Positions 8,743-17,101 of a stretch of 31,513 nucleotides of DNA are shown here, piece by piece. A program made the translations under genes and the position numbers. Source of the stretch: an uncultured Eubacteriales bacterium (GTDB lineage: Bacteria; Bacillota; Clostridia; Oscillospirales; Acutalibacteraceae); contig CAZPPO010000003.1 in assembly GCA_964588475.1 (NCBI GenBank), forward strand, positions 1 to 31,513, given 5' to 3'. Each line of letters opens with the position of its first letter. Position 1 is the stretch's first letter. The notes under the pieces are model-generated. The model was not told the origin of the DNA. It saw only the letters and a list, made by a program, of their open reading frames with translations, and made no database searches.

Positions 8743-9981
8743 CTAGCTCATTGCCTCAAGGAGAATATACCTTGTACTGCTCCATTTAACGGTATCGTAA
8801 AAATGGATGTAATCGTTATTTGTAGTCGGTGAGGTGCGGTATTCGTAAGATATAAGCTCGATGCAAAAACCGGGCTTTTTATATGTGTGTCTAAACCAGT
8901 TTTCAAAGCCGCCGCCATATGAATTAACATCGTTGGATTCATTTGTAAGGTAAAAGCCGGTGAGATCGGTGAGTCTCTTTGCAAAACGTCTGTAACTGCT
9001 GTTGTTCGTTGTGTTGTAAACATCTCCCCAAAAAACACATTCGCCCGTAACATGGAACGAGAACGCAAATTCAAAGCTGTTGCTTTTACAAAGAGACATC
9101 AGACACTTAGTCTCGGGTTCACTTGCAGCGGCTTTGCCTTTATAGCCATAGTTTGAGGGACTTGTTATTTTGTTATTTATTTTGTCCCATGCCAAAGGAA
9201 AGTTTCTGTTTAGATCTATGCCGTTTGTGTTTGCCTTGTATTCATATCTTGAAAAGCCTGCAATGGATGCATTGGGAACCTTTTTGTTTCCGACTATCTC
9301 CATACCGTCCGGATTTGCGCACGGGACTATAAAAATTGTATATTCATCTAAGAGCTCTTTAACATTATACTGTCCGTATTTTCCTGATTTGCTTTCATAA
9401 GCCTCGCAGTATTCAAAAGCACAAAGCATAATATATTTTGAGGTTATTATTTCCCTGGCATGAATGGCGGCACAGGCAAAAACCTTTTTTTCGCCCTTGC
9501 CAAGCTTAATTAGCTTTATAGCCCTGCTATTAACAGATTTACCTACGTAACTTACGGATATTAAATCAGGATAAAGTGACTTTAGCTTATTTATGTCATC
9601 ATTTAGCGAGGTATGGGTATATCTTTTTGAGGCATCAATAAAAAAATCGGGAGAGGATTCAGAAGGCTTGGAGGTTGTAGAGGGTTTCTCGGTTGTTGAA
9701 GCTTTAGCTGTAGTTGAGGGCTTTGCGTCAGTCGAAGATGGTGCGGGAAGAGTTGTTGTTTCATTTTCAGAGGAAGTCTCATTTTGCGTTAAATATTCGC
9801 TCGTTGGAGGAATAAATGATGATACGGCAGGTATGCTGTCAACTATTCTTACAACGAGACCCTTTAAGCTATTGGTAAAAAATAAAACTACAATGAACAA
9901 ACAGGCCATCAATATAATAAGTATAGTTATTAAAACCGATATGGTTTTGATTGTATTGGATTTGTTCTTTTGTTTTTTCAT
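8743..9981 (-). CDS. Membrane-anchored M14 zinc carboxypeptidase, gamma-D-glutamyl-diamino acid endopeptidase-like (peptidoglycan peptidase)
   Basis: HARE (HxxE Zn ligands), NPDG, NTNGIDLNRNF, SFH (third Zn ligand) and a distal IEL. It has an N-terminal TM helix and an S/T/P-rich linker. The start overlaps the tatD stop (ATGA). Confidence 0.85.
   Translation of the reverse strand: MKKQKNKSNTIKTISVLITILIILMACLFIVVLFFTNSLKGLVVRIVDSIPAVSSFIPPTSEYLTQNETSSENETTTLPAPSSTDAKPSTTAKASTTEKPSTTSKPSESSPDFFIDASKRYTHTSLNDDINKLKSLYPDLISVSYVGKSVNSRAIKLIKLGKGEKKVFACAAIHAREIITSKYIMLCAFEYCEAYESKSGKYGQYNVKELLDEYTIFIVPCANPDGMEIVGNKKVPNASIAGFSRYEYKANTNGIDLNRNFPLAWDKINNKITSPSNYGYKGKAAASEPETKCLMSLCKSNSFEFAFSFHVTGECVFWGDVYNTTNNSSYRRFAKRLTDLTGFYLTNESNDVNSYGGGFENWFRHTYKKPGFCIELISYEYRTSPTTNNDYIHFYDTVKWSSTRYILLEAMS
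9662..9733 (-). repeat. Four degenerate 18-bp tandem repeats encoding the TTxKPS linker
   Basis: Plus-strand units start at 9662, 9680, 9698 and 9716. The protein units are TDAKPS/TTAKAS/TTEKPS/TTSKPS. Confidence 0.75.
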
Positions 9982-10754
9982 TGGGTTGTTTCCTCTATCT
10001 TAAAAAGTCTACGCGCATTGTCGGCGGTCTGATTGATTATTTGCTGGGCGTCTACGCCCCTAACCTCGGCAAGCTTTTGTGCGGTATAAGCAATAAAGGA
10101 GGAATCACATCTTTTCCCCCTGTACGGGTGTGGAGTCATATATGGACAGTCTGTCTCAATAAGCAGCATATCGGACGGAACGAACGACGCTACCTCAAGC
10201 GGTCTTTTTGCGCTTTTAAAAGTAACGGCACCACCAAGTCCTATATACAATCCGAGAGAAAGAACATCACGAGCAAATTCAACGCTGCCGGAGAAACAAT
10301 GCAAGACTCCCCGAAGCTTAAACTCCTTTAAAATTTCAAGAGTATCAAGGTGAGCCTCTCTGTCGTGGATTATTACGGGCAAATCATACCTACTTGCAAG
10401 CTCAAGCTGCTGTATGAACACCTGTTTTTGGATATCACGAGGTGAATAATCATAGTGGTAATCGAGGCCTATTTCGCCAACCGCGACGACCCTTTTGTCA
10501 TTAATTAAACATTGCAGACGGGACAGAAAATTGTTGTTTGATTTTTCCGCCTCATGAGGGTGTATTCCTACGGCGGCGTAAATATAAGAATACCTGTTTG
10601 CAAGAGCAAGACTTTTTTCGCTGTCATGAATATCGGTGCCACAGTTAATAACGGCGCAAATGCCCGTTTCCGGAAGGGAAGCGAGCAGTTCGTGCCTGTC
10701 ATTATTAAAGGCGCTGTCAGTATAGTGTGTGTGAGTATCAAAAATATTTTTCAT
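9978..10754 (-). CDS. tatD: TatD family deoxyribonuclease
   Basis: DTHTH, GIHPH, VGEIGLD, HDRE, HCFSG and ETDCP. It lies directly downstream of metG, as in the Firmicute metS-yabD arrangement. Confidence 0.95.
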   Translation of the reverse strand: MKNIFDTHTHYTDSAFNNDRHELLASLPETGICAVINCGTDIHDSEKSLALANRYSYIYAAVGIHPHEAEKSNNNFLSRLQCLINDKRVVAVGEIGLDYHYDYSPRDIQKQVFIQQLELASRYDLPVIIHDREAHLDTLEILKEFKLRGVLHCFSGSVEFARDVLSLGLYIGLGGAVTFKSAKRPLEVASFVPSDMLLIETDCPYMTPHPYRGKRCDSSFIAYTAQKLAEVRGVDAQQIINQTADNARRLFKIEETTQ

Positions 10755-10775
10755 AAGCTACATAGTTACTTGAAT

Positions 10776-12704
10776 TTAACGAATTTTTGCCCCCGGCGGC
10801 ATATCATCCACAAAAACAACCCGAACATCATCCTGCGAGCAATCAGCCGCTAAAATCATTCCTTCACTCGTGATTTTACATAATACCGCAGGCTTAAGGT
10901 TTGCGACAAGAACGACCTTTCTCCCCACAAGCTGCTCGGGGCTGTACCAAGGAGCTATTCCGGAGACGACGGTACGTGTCATAGAACCGTCATTAAGTGT
11001 AAGCTGGAGAAGCTTTTTAGCTCTTTTCACGGGCTTGCAGTCTATAATTTCGGCGACACGAAGCTCGATTTTAGAAAAATCCCCGATACTGATTTGGGCA
11101 ACTCCCTCTATTTTTGGCGAGCTGTCTTCTTTTTCGTTAAGCAGAACTTCAATTTCAGTTAGAGTTTTTTCGCCGTCAAGGCGGGAGAACAACGGTTTAG
11201 GCTCGCCGATAACCCTTTGACCCGCCATGATTGCCCCGAACTCATTGAGTGAATCAAAGCAATTAATATCGCAGCCTATTTGTTCGAGAATCTGCTTGCT
11301 TGTTTCGGGCATGAACGGAGCAATTAAAACAGCAATAAAGCGTATGCATTCAATAAGATTGTAAAGCACCGTCGAGAGGCGGTCTTTTTTTGCAGTGTCC
11401 TTCGAAAGAATCCATGGCATCGTTTCGTCAATATATTTGTTGCTTCTTTTTGCAATATCGAAAATCACCATGAGGGCATCACTGACATGAAAGGTGTTCA
11501 TAAGCCTTGTGACTTCGGGAAGTGCATTCAAAGCAACCCTTTTAAGCTCCTCGTCTATTGGCTCGGTTACTGTAGGCGCTTGAAGGGTGCCGTCAAAATA
11601 CTTGTTTACCATGGCAATGCTTCTGTTTACAAGGTTGCCCAAAGTATTTGCCAGCTCGGAATTAAAACGCTCGATTATGGTACTGAAGGTTATAGAACCG
11701 TCTGCGCCATGAGGCATTTCGGAAAGCAAATAGTAGCGCACTGCGTCAACTCCGAAAAAATTGACTAAATCATCGGCATAAATGACATTGCCCTTTGATT
11801 TTGACATTTTGTCGTTTCCCATTAAAAGCCAAGGATGACCGAACACCTGTTTCGGTAAGGACTGACCCAAGGCCATAAGAATTATCGGCCAATATATTGT
11901 ATGAAAACGAAGTATATCCTTCCCTATGATATGGACATCCGCGGGCCAATATTTACGGTACAGGTCGCTGTTTTCACCTGCATCAAAGCCTAAGGCAGTA
12001 ATATAGTTTGAAAGAGCGTCTACCCACACATAAATAACGTGCTTTTCGTCAAAGGTTACGGGTATTCCCCACTTAAAAGAAGTCCTTGACACGCATAAAT
12101 CCTGGAGCCCGGGCCGAATAAAATTGTTGAGCATTTCCCTTTTTCGACTTTCGGGGAAAATAAAATCAGGATTACTTTCAATATATTCTTCAAGGCGTTT
12201 TTGATATTTGGAAAGCCTTAAAAAGTACGCCTCCTCTTTTGCAGGAACTGTTTGACTGCCGCATTCGGGGCACTTGCCGTCACTAAGCTGAGATTGTGTA
12301 TAAAAGCCCTCACAGGGAACGCAGTACATTCCCTCATATTCGCCTTTATAAATATCGCCTTGCTCATACAGCTTCTTGAAAATGTTTTGTACCGCCTTGA
12401 TATGATAATCGTCAGTAGTACGAATAAACTTATCATATGTTGTGTTGAGCAAATCGCAGATTTGCTTTATTTCGAGCGCAATCTTGTCGACATACTCATT
12501 TGGAGAGCAGCCGTCTTGTTTTGCACATTCTTCAATTTTTTGACCGTGCTCGTCTGTTCCCGTTAAAAAGAAAACATCATAGCCCTGCATTCGCTTAAAT
12601 CTCGCTATGGCATCCGTAAGAACAATTTCATACGAATTGCCGATATGAGGCTTGCGAGAGGTATAGGCTATTGCCGTAGTAATATAGTAGGGCTTCTTCT
12701 CCAT
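10776..12704 (-). CDS. metG: Methionine--tRNA ligase with C-terminal tRNA-binding (OB) domain
   Basis: YITTAIAY, HIGN, GTDEHGQK, Zn knuckle CVPC...CPEC, KMSKS and a C-terminal domain with ANLKPA...SEGMILAA. Confidence 0.97.
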   Translation of the reverse strand: MEKKPYYITTAIAYTSRKPHIGNSYEIVLTDAIARFKRMQGYDVFFLTGTDEHGQKIEECAKQDGCSPNEYVDKIALEIKQICDLLNTTYDKFIRTTDDYHIKAVQNIFKKLYEQGDIYKGEYEGMYCVPCEGFYTQSQLSDGKCPECGSQTVPAKEEAYFLRLSKYQKRLEEYIESNPDFIFPESRKREMLNNFIRPGLQDLCVSRTSFKWGIPVTFDEKHVIYVWVDALSNYITALGFDAGENSDLYRKYWPADVHIIGKDILRFHTIYWPIILMALGQSLPKQVFGHPWLLMGNDKMSKSKGNVIYADDLVNFFGVDAVRYYLLSEMPHGADGSITFSTIIERFNSELANTLGNLVNRSIAMVNKYFDGTLQAPTVTEPIDEELKRVALNALPEVTRLMNTFHVSDALMVIFDIAKRSNKYIDETMPWILSKDTAKKDRLSTVLYNLIECIRFIAVLIAPFMPETSKQILEQIGCDINCFDSLNEFGAIMAGQRVIGEPKPLFSRLDGEKTLTEIEVLLNEKEDSSPKIEGVAQISIGDFSKIELRVAEIIDCKPVKRAKKLLQLTLNDGSMTRTVVSGIAPWYSPEQLVGRKVVLVANLKPAVLCKITSEGMILAADCSQDDVRVVFVDDMPPGAKIR

Positions 12705-12746
12705 GTTTTCTCTCCTTTGTTAATTGTCTTGGACCTTTGAAAAATA

Positions 12747-12775
12747 ATCATAACACTATTGGGCTGATAATTCAA
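12747..12775 (-). promoter_or_regulatory. Putative sigma-A promoter for metG, overlapping the 3' end of the GH2 gene
   Basis: Minus strand: TTGAAT (12770-12775), 17 nt, TATGAT (12747-12752), with an extended -10 TGT. Confidence 0.65.
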
Positions 12776-15116
12776 TCTTTTGTTTCATATGCCCTTCGCT
12801 TTCAATTGTAACGGTAATTTTCCCCGAACCGCCGGTTGTTTTTATCCAAAAGGCTCTTGCGCCGCCTATAAGAGAGAAGGACGAGGGGCCTATTACCGAT
12901 GCGGGACCTTTTACGCCTACCTTAACAACCGTATCCGCAAACGGAACTGTGTTGCCGTTTTGATCACGCTCTATCAGCTCTATCCTTGTAACATCATAGG
13001 TGTCCTCTTGCTTGAGAATGAGGCTGTCCGCCTTTGCTTCAATATGAGTATCAGTTACGGCGGACTTTATAACAGTTTTTACCGGCTTGCCGTTTTTACA
13101 CCCTTCAAACGTGTAGGTAACCTGGGACCCTCCCCAGTTTGCAATATACTTTGTGACAATATCATACATTTGGGAGAATTTCATATGGCCGTTTAAGTAG
13201 GCTGCTGCAACCTTCAGGTAGTTTACGGGAGGCATAGAGAAGCCGTACTTAAATGCCGCAACAAGCGCGTCTGTAAGAAGCGAGGCGGTTTTTTCATCAA
13301 GCTTTTCAACCGAAACGAGGGCATCTCCTATAAAGTTGTCAGCTAAAACAGGAGGATGCGGTAGATGGGGAAACATTTTTTTGTTTGGAAACGCAGTACT
13401 CGTGTATTTTCCGTTTTTATACAGCTTGACATAGTCACAGTTTGTAAAGACCCAAACATTGCCCAATTGCGCCCCGGGATGCTCTCCTATATCCATAGTC
13501 GAAAGTACCTGCATAAACGGGGTTTTGTCCTGCTGTGACGAGTATACGGCTGCTGCCTGCTTAGGGACACGGAACATATCGGCGACACCGTGGTAGCAAA
13601 TTTTATCACCCGAGCCGAAATCCTTATGTGTGTTATAGTCAGACATACACCAACCGGTAACACCCGAAATGCGGCTGTTGCCGAATGCTTTATTTAAGAC
13701 CCTCGCGTGGCGCAGAGCCTGCTGGGTTCTTATTTGCTCGCGGTCAAACGATTTTGTGGGATACATATGACCGTTGTGCTCTGTTACCATATAGGGCGCT
13801 TTAAAACCTGCAACTACTGCGGCAGGCAGCAAAGTAAGCTTTCCTCCCGAATGTGAAAAATCATTATATGTGTAAACATCCTCTAAAAGATGGGTTCTCG
13901 GCATATTACGAACACCGCCCGTCTGGCGAGTGTCGTCAAGCGTTCTGGCGATGCTGTTTGTGATATTGTAAAGCTCATCACAATCTGCACCCTCGTTTAT
14001 GCGAACGCCCCAAAGGATTACGGAAGGATGGTTTCTGTCACGAAGAACCATTCGCTTAACATTGTCTATACAGTTATCACGCCACTCGCCCTCGCCGATA
14101 AACTGCCAGCCGGGCATTTCCGTAAAAACAAGGAGACCTATCTCATCGCATCTGTCAAGAAAGTGTATAGAATTAGGGTAGTGGGATGTTCTGACAAGAT
14201 TTACACCGAGCTTATACTTTAAGAAATCTGCATCTGCTCTTTGTGCGGATTTAGGCATTGCATACCCCACATATGGATAGCTTTGGTGCCTGTTAAGCCC
14301 GAAAAGTTTGATTTTACTGCCGTTAAGGTAAAAGCCGTCCCTATGGAAGCGACACTCGCGAAAACCGAAACGGACAAGCTTTTCATCATCGCCGAATAGG
14401 ATTTTAAGTGTATAGAGCTTAGGATTGTCGATATCCCACAGCTCAACATTTCCTACACGCCACTTAAGCTTTAAGACTTTAGCTGAAAACTCCGTTTCTT
14501 TTTCATATATAATACATTCATTGTCAAGAAGAATTATTTTAACGCTGCCACAGGCACTTTTTGAAAATTCAACATCTACGTCGATAAGCTTTTTCTTTGA
14601 GGAGACATCCTTTGTGCGGACGAAAACATTTTCAATATATGTTTCGTTGACCTTTTCGAGCCATACCTCCCGATATATTCCTCCGTATGCGAGGTAATCC
14701 ACAACATTTCCGAAAGGGGGAATTTCATCTCTTTCGGACGAATCGAGCATTACGGCGATAAGATTGTCCTTTTCTCTTAAAAACTGTGTGATATCAAAAC
14801 AAAAATCCGTGTATCCGCCCTTATGCTCACCTACAAATTTTTCGTTGACAAAGACACGTGTATAGTTTGCCGCTCCCTCGAAGTGAATAATATAGCGTTT
14901 TTTATCTTCTATACCACCCTCAACATCAAAGTGCTTTCTGTAGCAGCTTGTAAATTGATAGGACTTCTCATCAAAATAGTTGTAAGGCAGTTCAAGGTTT
15001 GTGTGAGGAATATTGACATCCGAAAAGGCATTTTCAGGATATTTTCTCTTAATCATCTCTTCGGAGTACTGGGGGATAAATTTCCACCCGAAATTTAACG
15101 AATATGTATTTCTCAT
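12756..15116 (-). CDS. Glycoside hydrolase family 2, beta-galactosidase-like (786 aa from ATG 15116)
   Basis: GLNRHQSYPYVG, VRTSHYP, WGVRINE (acid/base) and VTEH (nucleophile). The start is moved from the ORF track's 15185 to ATG 15116, after RBS GGGAG. There is no signal peptide. Confidence 0.9.
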   Translation of the reverse strand: MRNTYSLNFGWKFIPQYSEEMIKRKYPENAFSDVNIPHTNLELPYNYFDEKSYQFTSCYRKHFDVEGGIEDKKRYIIHFEGAANYTRVFVNEKFVGEHKGGYTDFCFDITQFLREKDNLIAVMLDSSERDEIPPFGNVVDYLAYGGIYREVWLEKVNETYIENVFVRTKDVSSKKKLIDVDVEFSKSACGSVKIILLDNECIIYEKETEFSAKVLKLKWRVGNVELWDIDNPKLYTLKILFGDDEKLVRFGFRECRFHRDGFYLNGSKIKLFGLNRHQSYPYVGYAMPKSAQRADADFLKYKLGVNLVRTSHYPNSIHFLDRCDEIGLLVFTEMPGWQFIGEGEWRDNCIDNVKRMVLRDRNHPSVILWGVRINEGADCDELYNITNSIARTLDDTRQTGGVRNMPRTHLLEDVYTYNDFSHSGGKLTLLPAAVVAGFKAPYMVTEHNGHMYPTKSFDREQIRTQQALRHARVLNKAFGNSRISGVTGWCMSDYNTHKDFGSGDKICYHGVADMFRVPKQAAAVYSSQQDKTPFMQVLSTMDIGEHPGAQLGNVWVFTNCDYVKLYKNGKYTSTAFPNKKMFPHLPHPPVLADNFIGDALVSVEKLDEKTASLLTDALVAAFKYGFSMPPVNYLKVAAAYLNGHMKFSQMYDIVTKYIANWGGSQVTYTFEGCKNGKPVKTVIKSAVTDTHIEAKADSLILKQEDTYDVTRIELIERDQNGNTVPFADTVVKVGVKGPASVIGPSSFSLIGGARAFWIKTTGGSGKITVTIESEGHMKQKIELSAQ

Positions 15117-15187
15117 AGTAACACTCCCATTCCTTTTAATAAACTTTATAATAATGTATAAATAATGCATTGAGGGAAAGTTCAAAA

Positions 15188-16513
15188 TTACAGATTTTTT
15201 TCAAGGTACTCCAAAAGCCGCTCTCGTGTGTTGGGGCATTTATCCTCGATAACGGCATCTGTCAGTTCGTCAAGCTTTTTACCCACAAGGGCGCCTTCCC
15301 ATCCCTTTTCTATAAGATCTGCGCCCTTAATTGAAAGACCCTCCTGATTATAACAGATATTTTCAGATACTATTCTTTCCAAATGTTTTTTTGCTGTGTG
15401 TATTTGCCGGGACACATCTCTGAACGCGGGGGAAAGTGCGCTTTTGTCTGCCGTTTTAATTTTCAGCAACAGCTTAAACTCATCCGGGGTAACATTTTTA
15501 AGCATTCTTTTTACCTGTGCTTCGGTTTGGGGAATTTCAAAATCGTGAAGCGATATGAGCCTTTTGACAATATTAGCCGTTTTTTTATCGGATTTTAAGT
15601 CTCTTAGGATTTCACCTGCTATATCTGCTGAGACCTGCGCGTGATTGTGGAATGTACTGTTTCCGTTTTCGTCAATTTGTGCGGTTTCTACCTTACCTAA
15701 ATCATGAAGCAGCATAGTAAGGCGAAGCTCCTTTTGAGGTTCTATGGCGTCTACCGTATGACAGGTATGCTCCCAAACATCGTAGCAATGCTTTTTTCCT
15801 AACTGTTTAAACCCTATAGCAGGTAAAACAGGGGGGATAAAGACTCCCAAAACATCTCCGTAATCTAAAAGAACTGAACAGACATTTTTCCCCGGAAGAA
15901 GCTTTAGAAGTTCCGAAAAAAGACGCTCCGCTGCAATGTTTTTAAGAAGAGTCTTGTTTTTGTGTATGCTGCTTGAGGTGCCCTTTTCTATCTCAAAGCC
16001 AAGAGTGGAGGCAAACCTGAGTGCGCGAATGATTCTAAGTCCGTCCTCGGAAAAACGCATATCGGGATTTTGGACTGTTCTGATGATTTTTGCCCTAAGG
16101 TCATTTAAAGAACCAAATTCGTCAATAAGACCCTTGTCGTGATTATATGCCATTGCATTGATGGTAAAATCTCTTCGGCTCAAATCGTCGACAAGCTCGT
16201 TTGTGAAAAGGACACTGTCAGGCCGCCTGTTGTCGGAATATTTGCCGTCAATCCTGAAGGTGGTTATTTCCACACTCCTTTTGTTATTGACAACGGTCAA
16301 AGTCCCGTGCTTAATGCCTGTTTGAATTACCTTAAGGTCAGAAAACAGCTCCTTTGTATTATTAGGCAGAGCGTTTGTTGTTATGTCCCAATCAACAGGT
16401 TCAATGCCCATAATGCTGTCGCGCACACAGCCGCCAACCACAAATGCTTCAAAGCCGTTGCTTTTGAATCGGGACAAGATATTCTGAACATACAGGGGAA
16501 TGATAATCTTCAG
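15188..16513 (-). CDS. cca: CCA tRNA nucleotidyltransferase (class II) with HD domain; probable CTG start
   Basis: VGGCVRD, DWDITT, an intact flexible loop FRIDGKYSDNRRPD, RRDFTINAMA, EDGLR and HD domain LLHDLGK. The start at CTG 16513 is inferred from RBS GAGGTG plus 6 nt and from the promoter position. Confidence 0.9.
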   Translation of the reverse strand: MKIIIPLYVQNILSRFKSNGFEAFVVGGCVRDSIMGIEPVDWDITTNALPNNTKELFSDLKVIQTGIKHGTLTVVNNKRSVEITTFRIDGKYSDNRRPDSVLFTNELVDDLSRRDFTINAMAYNHDKGLIDEFGSLNDLRAKIIRTVQNPDMRFSEDGLRIIRALRFASTLGFEIEKGTSSSIHKNKTLLKNIAAERLFSELLKLLPGKNVCSVLLDYGDVLGVFIPPVLPAIGFKQLGKKHCYDVWEHTCHTVDAIEPQKELRLTMLLHDLGKVETAQIDENGNSTFHNHAQVSADIAGEILRDLKSDKKTANIVKRLISLHDFEIPQTEAQVKRMLKNVTPDEFKLLLKIKTADKSALSPAFRDVSRQIHTAKKHLERIVSENICYNQEGLSIKGADLIEKGWEGALVGKKLDELTDAVIEDKCPNTRERLLEYLEKNL

Positions 16514-16546
16514 ACTAATCACCTCATACGGACAATAACATATATT

Positions 16547-16576
16547 ATTATAATACCTCATGATAAACAGTGTCAA
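16547..16576 (-). promoter_or_regulatory. Sigma-A promoter of cca
   Basis: Minus strand: TTGACA (16571-16576), 18 nt, TATAAT (16547-16552). Confidence 0.75.
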
Positions 16577-16631
16577 CCGGAATTTAATAGCTTCCTTTTG
16601 AAGCATACCACGTTGATTATGCTTTACATTA

Positions 16632-16746
16632 ATTGTGCCCAAAAGGGAAGGTCGTACAAAGCTATACGGTTTTAGTTCTAAATATTACAGGCGTGGAATA
16701 ATTATTGAAAGAAAGAGTCATTTTGTAACAATATTGTGCCCAAAAG
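16632..16746. repeat. Exact 14-bp direct repeat ATTGTGCCCAAAAG (16632-16645 and 16733-16746)
   Basis: Read directly from the sequence. The copies start 101 bp apart in the divergent cca / YabE-like intergenic region. Confidence 0.8.
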
Positions 16747-16764
16747 TTACAGTTTGTAACTTTT
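16742..16764. promoter_or_regulatory. Perfect inverted repeat AAAAGTTACA-GTT-TGTAACTTTT, candidate operator
   Basis: 10-bp arms with a 3-bp spacer. The cognate factor is unknown. Confidence 0.5.
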
Positions 16765-16904
16765 TATACTTTTCACAAAAAAACTGAATAAAAAGGGGGG
16801 CTAAAACCAAAGAAAAACAAAAAAACACGAGATATAGTGTTGTTAATGTCATTCAGGCACATATTGATTTGTGCAAAATTCACAGTTTTTTTTCCGAGTT
16901 AAAT

Positions 16905-16932
16905 TTGACAACCACAAAAAGGTTGTTATAAT
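16905..16932 (+). promoter_or_regulatory. Sigma-A promoter of the YabE-like gene
   Basis: TTGACA (16905-16910), 16 nt, TATAAT (16927-16932), with an extended -10 TGT. This implies a 5' UTR of about 160 nt. Confidence 0.8.
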
Positions 16933-17101
16933 ACGAGACGCACAGAAAAAATGTGAATTACAGGGAAAGGCTTTTTGAGTTTTTATTTACGGTTTTTTGC
17001 GCTTTAGTCATACGAAAACTGAGTCAATAAGGATTCGGAAAAGCCCAATACGGCAAAGCTGCAAGGTGCAGTAAGACGCCGTTAACTGAGGAGATAAAGT
17101 C

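Noticed and set aside
15188-16513. cca as a split CC-adding enzyme or a poly(A) polymerase
   Set aside because: The flexible loop (FRIDGKYSDNRRPD) and EDxxR template motif are intact and I see no PAP-specific signature, so it reads as an ordinary CCA-adding enzyme.
16869-16885. Rex- or CRP-like site TTGTGCA-AAA-TTCACAG
   Set aside because: The spacer is one base shorter than either consensus and the half-sites are imperfect. It is kept only as part of the repeat array finding.
16577-16904. Possible relocated oriC in the long AT-rich intergenic region
   Set aside because: There is no perfect DnaA box, only scattered 1-2 mismatch TTCACA-containing 9-mers, and no DnaA-trio/DUE pattern that I can recognise.
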